DNA of 64,000 bases, from the NCBI GenBank assembly GCA_963717515.1, contig OY970338.1, forward strand, positions 1,172,861-1,236,860, in the 5' to 3' direction. The notes beneath the pieces are model-generated. The model ran no database searches. It saw only the letters and a program-made list of their open reading frames with translations, and was not told the origin of the DNA. The position numbers and the translations under genes were made by a program. The stretch's first letter is position 1; the number at the start of each line of letters is the position of its first letter. Origin of the DNA: an uncultured Candidatus Woesearchaeota archaeon (lineage in GTDB: Archaea; Nanobdellota; Nanobdellia; Woesearchaeales; DSVV01). This document shows, piece after piece, positions 26,121 through 35,923 of this stretch.

Positions 26121-26882
26121 ATGAAAGAGAAAAGACGCAATATCCTAAGGGTCGAGAATGTCAGCTTTATATATGGGAAGGAAGTGCTAAGAGACGTGAG
26201 TTTCTCAATAGAGGAAGGAGACTACCTGGGGATAATCGGCGAGAACGGCGGAGGCAAGACCACCCTTGTCAAGCTCATTCTTGGCATACTCAAGCCTTCA
26301 AAAGGCAAAATATTTCTCTGCGGAAAAGATATCCGGAAGTTCCGAAGCTGGGACGAGATAGGGTACATACCGCAGAAAGCCACAGGCTTTGACCAGAATT
26401 TCCCGTCATCAGTAGAGGAAATAGTGTCGCTCGGCCTTCTCTCAAAAAAAAAAATTTTCAGGTTCATCACAAAGACCGACAGGAAACTGGTGGCTGAGCA
26501 GCTGGAAAAACTCGGGATGCAGCAGTACAGCAAGAAGAAGATAGGGGAGCTCTCCGGAGGCCAGCAGCAGAGGGTATTCATCGCAAAGGCGCTTGTGTCA
26601 AAGCCCAGGCTCCTGATACTTGACGAGCCCACTGCAGGCATCGATCCGAAGGCCCAGGGGGATTTCTACGAGATGCTGGGTAATCTCAACAATGAGGGCA
26701 TAACGATAATCATCGTGTCCCATGACGTGGGATACATCACGAGATACGTGAGCAAGGTCGCGTGCTTGAACACTGAGATGGTCTTCCACGGCACGCATGA
26801 TGAATTCTGCAGATCCCACGTTGTCGACGAGATACTCGGCCATGAAAAGCACATAGTCTGCCACGACCACCAAAATGCTTGA
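26121..26882 (+). CDS. Metal ABC transporter ATP-binding protein (ZnuC-like)
   Basis: Walker A GENGGGKTT, signature LSGGQQQRV and Walker B LLILDEPTAGID. Confidence 0.9.
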   Translation: MKEKRRNILRVENVSFIYGKEVLRDVSFSIEEGDYLGIIGENGGGKTTLVKLILGILKPSKGKIFLCGKDIRKFRSWDEIGYIPQKATGFDQNFPSSVEEIVSLGLLSKKKIFRFITKTDRKLVAEQLEKLGMQQYSKKKIGELSGGQQQRVFIAKALVSKPRLLILDEPTAGIDPKAQGDFYEMLGNLNNEGITIIIVSHDVGYITRYVSKVACLNTEMVFHGTHDEFCRSHVVDEILGHEKHIVCHDHQNA

Positions 26883-27681
26883 GATACTGACATATCAATT
26901 CATGCAGCGCGCGCTGATTGCCGGAGTGCTTGTAGCAGTGCCATGCTCTCTTCTGGGTGTCTTCCTTGTGCTCAGGCGGCGGGCGTTCATAGGCGAAGGG
27001 CTTGCGCATATATCATTCGGCGGCATCGCCCTCGGGCTGTTCCTGGGCCTCAACCCGCTCATTGTCGCGCTCATTATAACGCTTCTTGCATCAGTGGCGA
27101 TACAGCTCATAAAGGACAGGTCAAGGCTCCACAGCGACACAGCAATAGGGATATTCTCATACACAGGCTTTGCTTTCGGGGTCTTCATCATCAGCCTTAC
27201 CAAGGGCTTCAACACTGACCTCTTCAGCTATCTCTTTGGGAGCATCCTGACTGTCAGCTCATTCGACCTCATATTCTCAGTAATCCTTTCGGTGATATCA
27301 GTGCTGTTCATCATCCTTTTCTATAACAACCTCTTCTATATCACATTTGACGAGGAGACTGCGCGGACATCAGGGGTCAATGCAACCCTGTACAAGCACC
27401 TGATAGGATTCCTCGTCGCAACGACTGTCGTCATCTCCATGAGGATCGTGGGGATAATCCTTGTCGCATCGTTCATGATAATCCCGGCAGCAGCAGCGCT
27501 CCAGATATCAAAGAATTTCAGGCAGACTCTCGTGTATTCAATCATCATCTGTGTTGTGTCAGTGCTCATAGGGCTGGTGCTCTCCGCGACATTCGACTAT
27601 GCTGCCTCTGCATCCATCATCCTTGTCAATTTCATCATATTCATAATCATATTCCTTGCAAGGAAATCAATGGGAAGATGA
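26875..27681 (+). CDS. Metal ABC transporter permease (ABC-3/ZnuB-like)
   Basis: A 268-aa polytopic membrane protein that overlaps the ATPase gene by 8 nt. The N-terminus FMQRALIAGVLVA is typical of the ABC-3 family. Confidence 0.85.
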   Translation: MLEILTYQFMQRALIAGVLVAVPCSLLGVFLVLRRRAFIGEGLAHISFGGIALGLFLGLNPLIVALIITLLASVAIQLIKDRSRLHSDTAIGIFSYTGFAFGVFIISLTKGFNTDLFSYLFGSILTVSSFDLIFSVILSVISVLFIILFYNNLFYITFDEETARTSGVNATLYKHLIGFLVATTVVISMRIVGIILVASFMIIPAAAALQISKNFRQTLVYSIIICVVSVLIGLVLSATFDYAASASIILVNFIIFIIIFLARKSMGR

Positions 27682-28061
27682 TAACCGAGTTCAGCATCAG
27701 GACAGCCAGAAGGTCAGAGCTTATCGACATAACAGACAGGATAAGGCCACTGGTGAAGGATATTGATGATGGATTGGTGACTGTCTTTGTACAACATACA
27801 ACGGCAGGCATAACAATCAATGAGAATTCAGACCCGGATGTCCAGAGGGATATCCTGGCAAGCCTTTCCAGGCTTGTGCCAAAGGATGGTGATTTTCTCC
27901 ATGCAGAGGGCAACAGCGATGCGCACATAAAGGCATCGCTCATTGGCAGCTCTGTGATTGTGATGGTGAAGAAGGGAAGACTCATCCTCGGCACCTGGCA
28001 GTCAATATTCTTTGCCGAATTCGACGGGCCGAGAGCAAGGAAAGTGATAGTTAAGAACTGA
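27678..28061 (+). CDS. YjbQ/UPF0047 family protein (secondary thiamine-phosphate synthase-like)
   Basis: GLVTVFVQHTTAGITINENSDPDVQRD...EGNSDAHIKASLIGSS...GTWQSIFFAEFDGPR. Confidence 0.8.
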   Translation: MITEFSIRTARRSELIDITDRIRPLVKDIDDGLVTVFVQHTTAGITINENSDPDVQRDILASLSRLVPKDGDFLHAEGNSDAHIKASLIGSSVIVMVKKGRLILGTWQSIFFAEFDGPRARKVIVKN

Positions 28062-28080
28062 TCAAGGTCAAAATGCAAAT

Positions 28081-28090
28081 CTTTATATAC
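28081..28090 (+). promoter_or_regulatory. TATA-box-like element upstream of carA; candidate promoter of the pyrimidine operon
   Basis: ctttatatac lies ~30 nt upstream of the ATG at 28118, in a 56-nt intergenic gap. Confidence 0.5.
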
Positions 28091-28117
28091 ATTCTATTTC
28101 GCCATAAATAATCTAGT

Positions 28118-29182
28118 ATGGGCAAGACTGATGCTAGGCTGGTTCTTGAGGATGGCACTGTCTATCATGGCTATTCATTCGGGCATGAAGGCAACGCTGC
28201 GGGAGAGGTAGTGTTCAACACAGGCATGGTAGGCTATCCTGAGGCATTGACAGACCCGTCGTACAGGGGGCAGGTGCTTGCCCTGACTTACCCTCTCATC
28301 GGAAATTACGGCGTCCCGGGAGATTCCAGGACAGGCGGGCTCCTTGAAAATTTCGAGTCTGAGGAAATCCAGGTATCCGGACTGATAATCTCAGATTATT
28401 CAAAGGTGCATAACCACTGGAACTCGAAGCTCTCGCTTTCTGAATGGCTCATTAAACACAGGATACCTGCTTTGTGCGGCATAGACACGAGGGCGCTCAC
28501 AAAGAAGCTCAGGGAAAAGGGTGTTATGCTGGGAAAGATAGTGCACGGTGATGATATCAAGCTTTTTGACCCGAACAAAATCAACCTCGTATCGCAGGTA
28601 TCGATTGAAAAGCCTGCGGAATACGGCAATGGAAATAAAAGGGTCGTGCTGCTGGACTGCGGCGTCAAGAACAATATCATCAGGTGCCTGGTAAAGAGGG
28701 GGCTCCGGGTAATCCGTGTCCCATGGGACCATGATTTCCACAAACTCAGCTTCGACGGGCTGTTCATATCAAACGGCCCTGGCGACCCGAAGATGTGCAA
28801 AGAGACAATCGAGAACATCCGCATAACCATTGCGAAAAAGATTCCCATAATGGGCATATGCCTGGGGAACCAACTTCTCGGGCTTGCTGCCGGCGCAGAC
28901 ACATACAAGCTAAAGTACGGGCACAGGAGCCAGAACCAGCCATGCATAGATACGACGACTAAGAGATGCTATATCACAAGCCAGAACCATGGATATGCAA
29001 TAGACCCAAAGAAGCTTCCAAATGGCTGGAAGGAATGGTTCGTCAATGCAAACGACAGGACAAACGAGGGCATCATGCACAGCTCAGGCAGGTTCTGCTC
29101 TGTGCAGTTCCATCCAGAGGCTGCGTGCGGGCCGACAGACACCGAGTTCCTGTTCGACAGGTTTGTGGAGATGCTGAGATGA
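28118..29182 (+). CDS. carA: Carbamoyl-phosphate synthase small (glutaminase) subunit
   Basis: The N-terminus LVLEDGTVYHGYSFG..GEVVFNTGMVGYPEALTDPSY, the GATase triad context GICLGNQLL, and HGYAID..FHPEA. Confidence 0.95.
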   Translation: MGKTDARLVLEDGTVYHGYSFGHEGNAAGEVVFNTGMVGYPEALTDPSYRGQVLALTYPLIGNYGVPGDSRTGGLLENFESEEIQVSGLIISDYSKVHNHWNSKLSLSEWLIKHRIPALCGIDTRALTKKLREKGVMLGKIVHGDDIKLFDPNKINLVSQVSIEKPAEYGNGNKRVVLLDCGVKNNIIRCLVKRGLRVIRVPWDHDFHKLSFDGLFISNGPGDPKMCKETIENIRITIAKKIPIMGICLGNQLLGLAAGADTYKLKYGHRSQNQPCIDTTTKRCYITSQNHGYAIDPKKLPNGWKEWFVNANDRTNEGIMHSSGRFCSVQFHPEAACGPTDTEFLFDRFVEMLR

Positions 29183-29225
29183 AGAAGATCAGGATTTTCT
29201 GCAATTTTCCATACAAGGTGAAAAA

Positions 29226-29594
29226 ATGATGAATACTTTTGAAGAATTCGTGGAGCTCTGCAGGAAGAGCATGAAATACGACCCATGGGCAAGGAAGAGG
29301 GGCCTGAAAGGTTATTGTGATGAGATAAGCACAGAGGCGCAGGAAGTCGTAAATGCAGCGAAAAAAGGCGACATGAAAAATCTTGAGGAAGAGCTGGGAG
29401 ACGTTCTTATCGATGTTGTCCATGCATGCCTGCATGCGGAGAGGGAGGGGCTATTCAATGCAAAGGATGTGATGGGCGGGGCCATGCGAAAGCTCAACAG
29501 GAGAAAGCCTTTCCTGCAGGAAGGCAGGCAGGTGACCCTTGAAGAGGCAAGGGAGATATGGAAGAAGGCCAAAGAAGAGGAGAAGGATGGCTGA
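29226..29594 (+). CDS. MazG-like nucleotide pyrophosphohydrolase, inserted between carA and carB
   Basis: EEVVNAAKKGDMKNLEEELGDVLIDVVH carries the MazG E-x2-E...E-x2-D helix pair. The protein is a small, all-helical 122 aa. Confidence 0.65.
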   Translation: MMNTFEEFVELCRKSMKYDPWARKRGLKGYCDEISTEAQEVVNAAKKGDMKNLEEELGDVLIDVVHACLHAEREGLFNAKDVMGGAMRKLNRRKPFLQEGRQVTLEEAREIWKKAKEEEKDG

Positions 29595-29600
29595 TATCTC

Positions 29601-32600
29601 ATGGGGAAAACAGAAATGAAGAAGCCAAATAAAGTCCTGGTGCTGGGAAGCGGCGCGCTCAAGATCGGCGAGGCAGGCGAGTTCGACTATTCAGGAAGCC
29701 AATGCCTCAAAGCCGTCAGGGAAGAAGGCATCAAGACTGTCCTTATAAATCCCAACATAGCCACTATTCAGACATCGGAAGGGATGGCCGACAAGATATA
29801 TTTCCTTCCGGTCACCCCATATTTTGTCGAGAAGATTATAGAGAAAGAGAAGCCTGACGGCATCATGCTAGGGTTCGGGGGGCAGATTGCGCTCAACTGC
29901 GGTGTCGAGCTCGAGCGCAAAGGCATCCTGAAAAAACATAGTGTCAGGGTACTGGGCACATCAATCAAGGCCATAATGGATACAGAGGACCGCGACCTGT
30001 TCGTCAAAAAGCTGACTGGGATTGGTGCAAAAGTGCCGGTAAGCAAGGCTGTCAGCAACACAAAGCAAGCCCTGGAAGCAGCAGAGAATATTGGTTATCC
30101 TGTGATGGTCAGGATCGCATATGCTTTGGGAGGGCTCGGCTCAGGCCCGTCGTATACAAAAGAGGAGCTCGTCGACAGCTGCGAAAAGGCGTTCTCATAC
30201 ACAGAACAGGTTCTTGTCGAGGAATACCTGCACGGCTGGAAGGAGATAGAATACGAGGTCGTAAGGGACTGCGCAGACAACTGCATAACAGTCTGCAACA
30301 TGGAGAACTTCGACCCCATGGGAATCCACACCGGAGAGTCGATTGTCGTAGCGCCGAGCCAGACACTTTCGAACAGCGAATACCACAAGCTCAGAGAGAT
30401 AGCGATAAAGGTCATCAGGCACCTTGGGATCATAGGAGAGTGCAACATCCAATACGCGCTTGACCCCGAGTCAGAGGATTACAGGATAATCGAGGTCAAT
30501 GCGAGGCTCTCGCGGAGCAGTGCGCTGGCGTCAAAAGCCACTGGATACCCTCTTGCATTTGTCGCAGCAAAGCTCGGGCTCGGCTACACACTCCCGGAGC
30601 TTCGGAACTCCATAACAAAGGTGACGACTGCATGCTTTGAGCCTGCGCTGGATTACATAGTCGTGAAGATACCAAGATGGGACCTCAAGAAATTCGTCAA
30701 TGTATCGAAGAAGATAGGTTCAAGCATGATGAGTGTCGGCGAGGTCATGGCTATCGGCAGGAAGTTCGAAGAGGCGCTCCAGAAAGCTCTCCGGATGCTT
30801 GAGACAGGGGCAAAGGGACTTGTATGCAACAGCTGTTTCTCGTTCAAAGACCTTGACGAGGAGCTCCGGAATCCGACAGATGAGAGGGTGTTCGCGATAG
30901 CAGAGGCAATCAAGAAAGGGCATGACATAGACAGGATCCACAGGCTCTCGAAGATAGACAAATGGTTCCTGCACAAGATAAACAACATCGTAAGGACTGA
31001 GGACGAGCTGAAAAAATATGATATGGATACAGTGCCCCAGGATGTCCTGCTCAAGGCAAAGACCAGAGGATTCTCTGATTCGCAGATAGGGATCCTTCTC
31101 GGATGCAAGGCAAAGGATGTCAAGGTGCAAAGGATCAAACACAAAATTTATCCATGCATAAAGCAGATCGACACTCTTGGGGCAGAATACCCTGCAAAGA
31201 CAAACTACCTCTACCTGACCTACAACGGGGATGAGGATGATGTTGGTTTTGATAGAAAGAAAAAGATCATGGTGCTCGGCTCAGGCTCCTATAGGATAGG
31301 AAGCTCAGTCGAATTTGACTGGTGCTGTGTCAATTCTGTGATGACGCTCAGAAAGCTCGGCTATGAGACAATCATGCTCAACTACAACCCCGAGACCGTG
31401 AGCACTGACTATGACGAGTGCGACAGGCTGTATTTCGACGAGATTACAATAGAGACAGTCATGGACATATACGACAGGGAGAAGCCTGACGGGATAATCA
31501 TATCCATGGGCGGGCAGATACCGAACAACCTGGTGCTCAAGCTGGACAAGGCAGGGGCGAAGATTCTGGGAACCGCCCCGCAGATGATTGACAATGCAGA
31601 AGACAGGTACAAGTTCTCAAGGCTCCTTGATTCCCTTGGCATAGACCAACCAGAATGGAAGGAGCTGACAGGGATAACAGAGGCGAAACAGTTTGCCCAA
31701 AAAGCAGGCTACCCTGTGCTAGTCAGGCCGAGCTATGTCCTGAGCGGGGCTGCGATGAGCGTGGCATGGACAGATGATGAGCTAGAGAGTTTCCTTACAA
31801 AGGCGACAGATGTGAACAAGAAGCATCCGGTAGTCATCAGCAGGTTCATTGAGAATGCAAAAGAGGTGGAGATTGATGCTGTTGCAGAAGACGGGAAGGT
31901 CGTGCTCTACGCAATCTCAGAGCATGTCGAGAAGGCAGGTGTCCATAGCGGAGATGCGACAATGGTGCTTCCGTCCCAGAACCTCTACCTGGAGACCATC
32001 AGGAGGATAAAAGACACGACAGAGAAGATTGCAGGAGCGCTGAAGATAACAGGGCCGTTCAATATCCAGTTCATCGCTAAGGACAACCACATCAAGGTCA
32101 TAGAGTGCAACCTGAGGGCGTCAAGAAGCTTCCCGTTCGTCTCAAAGGTCACTAAAATCAATTTCATCGATGCGGCTGTCAGGCTGATGCTCGGTGAAAA
32201 AATTGATGTTCCAACTTCAACCATGGACCTCGGGTATGTCGGAGTCAAAGCGCCGCAGTTCTCCTTCACCCGCCTGAAAAAGGCAGACCCGGTACTGTCT
32301 GTGGAGATGGCTTCCACTGGCGAAGTTGCTTGCCTTGGCAACAGCCTCAATGAAGCATTCCTCAAGGCCATATTGTCGACAGGGATGAAAATGCCAAGGG
32401 AAAATGTCCTTGTGACCATCGGAGGAGACAGGAACAAGTACAGGCTGCTGGAATCAATAATTAAACTTGTCGGACTGGGGTTCAATATTTATGCGACAGA
32501 GCACACCTCTGATTTCTTAAAGGCAAATGGCATTGATAACAAGATGGTATACAAGGCGCACAATCTCCATAAGAGAAACAATGTGATAAGCATGATGGAG

Positions 32601-32804
32601 AGAAGAGAGCTTGATTTCGTGATAAATATCCCGAGCGTCATGAAAAAAGAGGAAGTCACTGACGGCTACCACATAAGGAGAAAGGCCGTGGACTACGCCA
32701 TCCCGCTCATAACTGATGTAAATATCGCCAGGCTGCTTGTCGATGCGATATCGAGGCTCAGCATTGCCGACCTGAAGATCAAATCATGGGAAGAGTATCG
32801 ATAA
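29601..32804 (+). CDS. carB: Carbamoyl-phosphate synthase large subunit
   Basis: 1067 aa with two ATP-grasp halves (KVLVLGSGALKIGEAGEFDYSGSQ and KIMVLGSGSYRIGSSVEFDWC) and a C-terminal MGS-like domain. Confidence 0.97.
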   Translation: MGKTEMKKPNKVLVLGSGALKIGEAGEFDYSGSQCLKAVREEGIKTVLINPNIATIQTSEGMADKIYFLPVTPYFVEKIIEKEKPDGIMLGFGGQIALNCGVELERKGILKKHSVRVLGTSIKAIMDTEDRDLFVKKLTGIGAKVPVSKAVSNTKQALEAAENIGYPVMVRIAYALGGLGSGPSYTKEELVDSCEKAFSYTEQVLVEEYLHGWKEIEYEVVRDCADNCITVCNMENFDPMGIHTGESIVVAPSQTLSNSEYHKLREIAIKVIRHLGIIGECNIQYALDPESEDYRIIEVNARLSRSSALASKATGYPLAFVAAKLGLGYTLPELRNSITKVTTACFEPALDYIVVKIPRWDLKKFVNVSKKIGSSMMSVGEVMAIGRKFEEALQKALRMLETGAKGLVCNSCFSFKDLDEELRNPTDERVFAIAEAIKKGHDIDRIHRLSKIDKWFLHKINNIVRTEDELKKYDMDTVPQDVLLKAKTRGFSDSQIGILLGCKAKDVKVQRIKHKIYPCIKQIDTLGAEYPAKTNYLYLTYNGDEDDVGFDRKKKIMVLGSGSYRIGSSVEFDWCCVNSVMTLRKLGYETIMLNYNPETVSTDYDECDRLYFDEITIETVMDIYDREKPDGIIISMGGQIPNNLVLKLDKAGAKILGTAPQMIDNAEDRYKFSRLLDSLGIDQPEWKELTGITEAKQFAQKAGYPVLVRPSYVLSGAAMSVAWTDDELESFLTKATDVNKKHPVVISRFIENAKEVEIDAVAEDGKVVLYAISEHVEKAGVHSGDATMVLPSQNLYLETIRRIKDTTEKIAGALKITGPFNIQFIAKDNHIKVIECNLRASRSFPFVSKVTKINFIDAAVRLMLGEKIDVPTSTMDLGYVGVKAPQFSFTRLKKADPVLSVEMASTGEVACLGNSLNEAFLKAILSTGMKMPRENVLVTIGGDRNKYRLLESIIKLVGLGFNIYATEHTSDFLKANGIDNKMVYKAHNLHKRNNVISMMERRELDFVINIPSVMKKEEVTDGYHIRRKAVDYAIPLITDVNIARLLVDAISRLSIADLKIKSWEEYR

Positions 32805-32825
32805 GGATAAATATATAAATATATT
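32805..32825 (+). promoter_or_regulatory. Possible internal TATA-box-like element before pyrB
   Basis: ggataaatatataaatatatt follows the carB stop directly. A G-rich SD-like tgggggg lies 5-10 nt upstream of the TTG start at 32851. Confidence 0.4.
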
Positions 32826-32850
32826 AGAAATCCTTTTTGTTGGGGGGAAA

Positions 32851-33759
32851 TTGAAAGACATAATATCAATCAGGGACCTGACAAGAGAGCAGATGCTTCA
32901 CATCCTCGGGCTTGCAAAAAAGACAGAAAGCCTGAAAAGCAGTGATAATCTGCTCGCTGGGAAGATCCTTGCAACGCTATTCTATGAGCCTTCTACAAGG
33001 ACCAGGCTCTCATTTGAGTCTGCGATGATGAGGCTGGGAGGCAGGGTGACCGGATTCTCAGACCCTGCTGGAAGCTCTGTCGCAAAAGGCGAGACACTAT
33101 ATGATACGATAAAGATGGTTGAGGGGTACTGCGACATAATAGTCATCAGGCATCCTGTCGACGGGGCTGCCCGCCTGGCAGCTGATACGGCGAAGGTGCC
33201 TGTTATCAATGCAGGCGACGGCGCTAACCAGCATCCGACACAGACGCTTCTTGACCTGTACACGATCCAGAAGAGCAAGGGCGGTCTTGAGAAGCTGAAA
33301 GTCGCGATGGTAGGCGACCTGAAATACGGAAGGACAGTGCATTCGCTTGCATATGCCCTGTCGCTTTTCAACTGCGAGATGATATTCGTATCGCCAAAGA
33401 GCCTGTGCATGCCCACCGACCTCACTGACGAGCTCAGGCAGAAGAAGATCAGGTTCTCAGAGCATGAGGACATGGGCATCGCATTGAAAAAGGCAGATAT
33501 ACTGTACATGACAAGGATCCAGAAGGAGAGGTTCCCGGATGACGTCGAATATGAGAAAGTGAAAGGAGTCTATGTGCTTACGGGAGAGATGCTGGAAGGT
33601 GCAAAGACAGGGCTGAAAATCATGCACCCTCTCCCAAGGGTCAATGAGATCAGCAAGTGTGTCGACGACACAGAGAATGCGATCTATTTCGACCAGGCAA
33701 AGAACGGAGTGATTATCAGGGAAGCAGTGCTTGCGATGCTTCTCGGAAAACTAAGATGA
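32851..33759 (+). CDS. pyrB: Aspartate carbamoyltransferase catalytic subunit
   Basis: FYEPSTRTRLSFE, HPTQ and HPLPR motifs. TTG start, with no in-frame ATG nearby. Confidence 0.95.
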   Translation: MKDIISIRDLTREQMLHILGLAKKTESLKSSDNLLAGKILATLFYEPSTRTRLSFESAMMRLGGRVTGFSDPAGSSVAKGETLYDTIKMVEGYCDIIVIRHPVDGAARLAADTAKVPVINAGDGANQHPTQTLLDLYTIQKSKGGLEKLKVAMVGDLKYGRTVHSLAYALSLFNCEMIFVSPKSLCMPTDLTDELRQKKIRFSEHEDMGIALKKADILYMTRIQKERFPDDVEYEKVKGVYVLTGEMLEGAKTGLKIMHPLPRVNEISKCVDDTENAIYFDQAKNGVIIREAVLAMLLGKLR

Positions 33760-34205
33760 AAAAGCTCGTTATAAGCGCAATCATGGAAGGGACTGTGATA
33801 GACCATATCCCGGCAGAGAACACATTCAAGGTGGCAGAGATCCTCGGCCTTGACAGGCAGGCCAATGTGATATCCATCGCCTCGAACCTGAAGAGCAAGA
33901 AGATAGGGAAGAAAGGAATAATCAAGCTTGAAGGTGTGTTCCTCAGAAGAGAGCACGTCGACAGGATTTCCATCATCGCTGCTGAGGCCACATTATGCGT
34001 AATAAAGGATTACAAGGTCATCGAGAAGAAGAAGCTCAAGAGGCCGGACAGGTATGAGAATATCATAAGGTGCTTCAATCCCAACTGCATCACGAATATG
34101 GAGAAGGCAGGCACAGTGTTCGATGTCGAGTCGCAGGATCCCCTGAGCGTAAGATGCTACCATTGCGAGCGAGCGATGGACAAGGATGACATAGAGTTGC
34201 TGTGA
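33756..34205 (+). CDS. pyrI: Aspartate carbamoyltransferase regulatory subunit
   Basis: MKKLVISAIMEGTVIDHIP at the N-terminus and the C-terminal Zn site CFNPNCIT...RCYHCE. ATGA overlap with pyrB. The ORF-track start at 33657 is an upstream extension inside pyrB. Confidence 0.9.
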   Translation: MKKLVISAIMEGTVIDHIPAENTFKVAEILGLDRQANVISIASNLKSKKIGKKGIIKLEGVFLRREHVDRISIIAAEATLCVIKDYKVIEKKKLKRPDRYENIIRCFNPNCITNMEKAGTVFDVESQDPLSVRCYHCERAMDKDDIELL

Positions 34206-34206
34206 A

Positions 34207-35118
34207 ATGGACATAACAGTGGAATTATGCAAAAAAAGGCTGAAAAACCCGACTATACTTGCATCTGGAATCCTCGGGATGAATGCTGACATCATTAAGG
34301 AGGTAGTCAGAGGCGGTGCAGGCGCAGTGACGCTCAAGTCGACAGGGACTGAGCCGCGAGAGGGCCATCCCAACCCCAAGGTTATTGTCTGGGAGCATGG
34401 GCTTGCGAACTGCTACGGACTTACCAATCAGGGAATCGGAGGCATGGACAGGGAGTGGAAAGAGCTGAAAGGTTTAGGTGTCCCTGTGATAGCGAGCGTG
34501 TTCGGCGCAGATGTATCTGAGTTCGTGAAGGTCGCGGAGTACATGGCTGAAAAGAAGGCAGATATGATAGAGGTCAATGTATCATGCCCGAACACCAGAG
34601 AGCATGGCATGGCATTCGGCCTGAAAAAAGAGTCATGCTCAGAGGTAGTAAGCGCTGTAAAAGATGCAGTGGGAAAGATCCCTGTCATTGCCAAGCTCAC
34701 CCCGCAGGCCCTTGACATATCAGAGATTGCGAAGGCAGCAGAAAAAGCAGGCGCAGATGCAATCTCGGCGATAAACACGGTCGGCCCCGGCATGTTCATC
34801 AACATCGACGTCGCAAAACCTATCCTTTCATACAAGACTGGAGGCCTCTCGGGTCCGGCAATAAGGCCCATAGCCGTGCGATGCATCTATGACATATACA
34901 AGTCTGTCGATATCCCCATCATCGGAATCGGCGGAGTAACCTATGGCAAGGATGCGATAGAGCTCATGATGGCAGGGGCCAGGGCAGTGGGAATCGGCAG
35001 TGCAGCATATTACCGGGGAATAGATGTCTTTTCAAGGGTCACAGAAGAGATGGAGGCATGGCTGGAAAACTCAGGCTACGGCTCGCTCAAGGATATAGTA
35101 GGTGCTGCTCATGGATGA
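34207..35118 (+). CDS. pyrD: Dihydroorotate dehydrogenase, class 1B catalytic subunit
   Basis: LKNPTILASG, NVSCPNT, GGLSGPAIRPIA and IIGIGGV. Confidence 0.93.
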   Translation: MDITVELCKKRLKNPTILASGILGMNADIIKEVVRGGAGAVTLKSTGTEPREGHPNPKVIVWEHGLANCYGLTNQGIGGMDREWKELKGLGVPVIASVFGADVSEFVKVAEYMAEKKADMIEVNVSCPNTREHGMAFGLKKESCSEVVSAVKDAVGKIPVIAKLTPQALDISEIAKAAEKAGADAISAINTVGPGMFINIDVAKPILSYKTGGLSGPAIRPIAVRCIYDIYKSVDIPIIGIGGVTYGKDAIELMMAGARAVGIGSAAYYRGIDVFSRVTEEMEAWLENSGYGSLKDIVGAAHG

Positions 35119-35923
35119 AATTGATGATATCGAGATGCCTGAGATAGTGACTATCGACCGGATTGTCGACGAGAATGAGAATGTCAAGACCTTCTTCTTC
35201 AGGTACAGGCTGGATTATCAGCCAGGCCAGTTCATCATGCTCTGGCTCCCGGGGATGGATGAGAAGCCATTTTCAGTAAGCCTATTCTCAGAAGAGGAAT
35301 TCGCTGTGACAATCGAGAAGAAAGGAAAGTATACAAGCGAAATACACAAGCTCGAAGCAGGCGACAAGCTCGGCATACGGGGCCCGTATGGTAAGGGGTT
35401 CAGGATAAGAAAAGGGAAGTCATGCATCATCGGAGGAGGCTGCGGAATCGCCCCTATCATGCCTCTGGTAGAAAAGCTCAACAATCCATCTGTCATTGTC
35501 GGCTGCCAGACAGAGAAGAAGTTGCTGTTCAGGGACAGGATAGAAAATTTTGACGTATGCACTGACGACAACAGCTTCGGCCATGGAGGATTTGTAACTG
35601 ACAGGTTCATGGAACTTTTGAAGAAGCAGAGGTTCGACATCGTCTACACATGCGGTCCTGAGCCCATGATGAAGGCAGTCTTTGACCTTTGCCGGGAGAG
35701 AGGCATCGAATGCCAGGCATCGCTTGAACGATTCATGATATGTGGTATAGGCATATGCGGTCAATGCATGTGCGATAACCTCAGGATCTGCACAGATGGG
35801 CCTGTCCTGGATTCAGGACAGCTTGAAAATCTCAGGGATTTCGGAAAAAGCGCGATGATTAAGACAGGAAATAAAGTTCCGCTGAAGGAATATTATGCAT
35901 ACAGGACCAAATACCCAAAATGA
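35111..35923 (+). CDS. pyrK: Dihydroorotate dehydrogenase electron-transfer (FAD/2Fe-2S) subunit
   Basis: An FNR-like fold (GQFIMLWLPG, IRGPYGKGF, IIGGGCGIAP) with the C-terminal cluster motif CGIGICGQCMC. The ATG at 35111 is preferred over the GTG at 35102. Confidence 0.88.
   Translation: MDEIDDIEMPEIVTIDRIVDENENVKTFFFRYRLDYQPGQFIMLWLPGMDEKPFSVSLFSEEEFAVTIEKKGKYTSEIHKLEAGDKLGIRGPYGKGFRIRKGKSCIIGGGCGIAPIMPLVEKLNNPSVIVGCQTEKKLLFRDRIENFDVCTDDNSFGHGGFVTDRFMELLKKQRFDIVYTCGPEPMMKAVFDLCRERGIECQASLERFMICGIGICGQCMCDNLRICTDGPVLDSGQLENLRDFGKSAMIKTGNKVPLKEYYAYRTKYPK

Noticed and set aside
26444-26454. An A11 homopolymer inside the ABC ATPase gene, considered as a possible slippage or phase-variation site or a frameshift.
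   Set aside because: The reading frame is intact across it (LLSKKKIFRF) and the Walker B and signature motifs downstream are in frame. There is no evidence of a frameshift, though it remains a place to check for sequencing error.
28062-28117. A PyrR-type RNA binding loop or attenuator in the carA leader (and before pyrB, 32805-32850) that would match the PyrR-like gene.
   Set aside because: The leaders are only ~50 nt and A/T-rich. They contain TATA-like elements but no UCCAGAGAGG-like loop or terminator/antiterminator hairpins that I could find.
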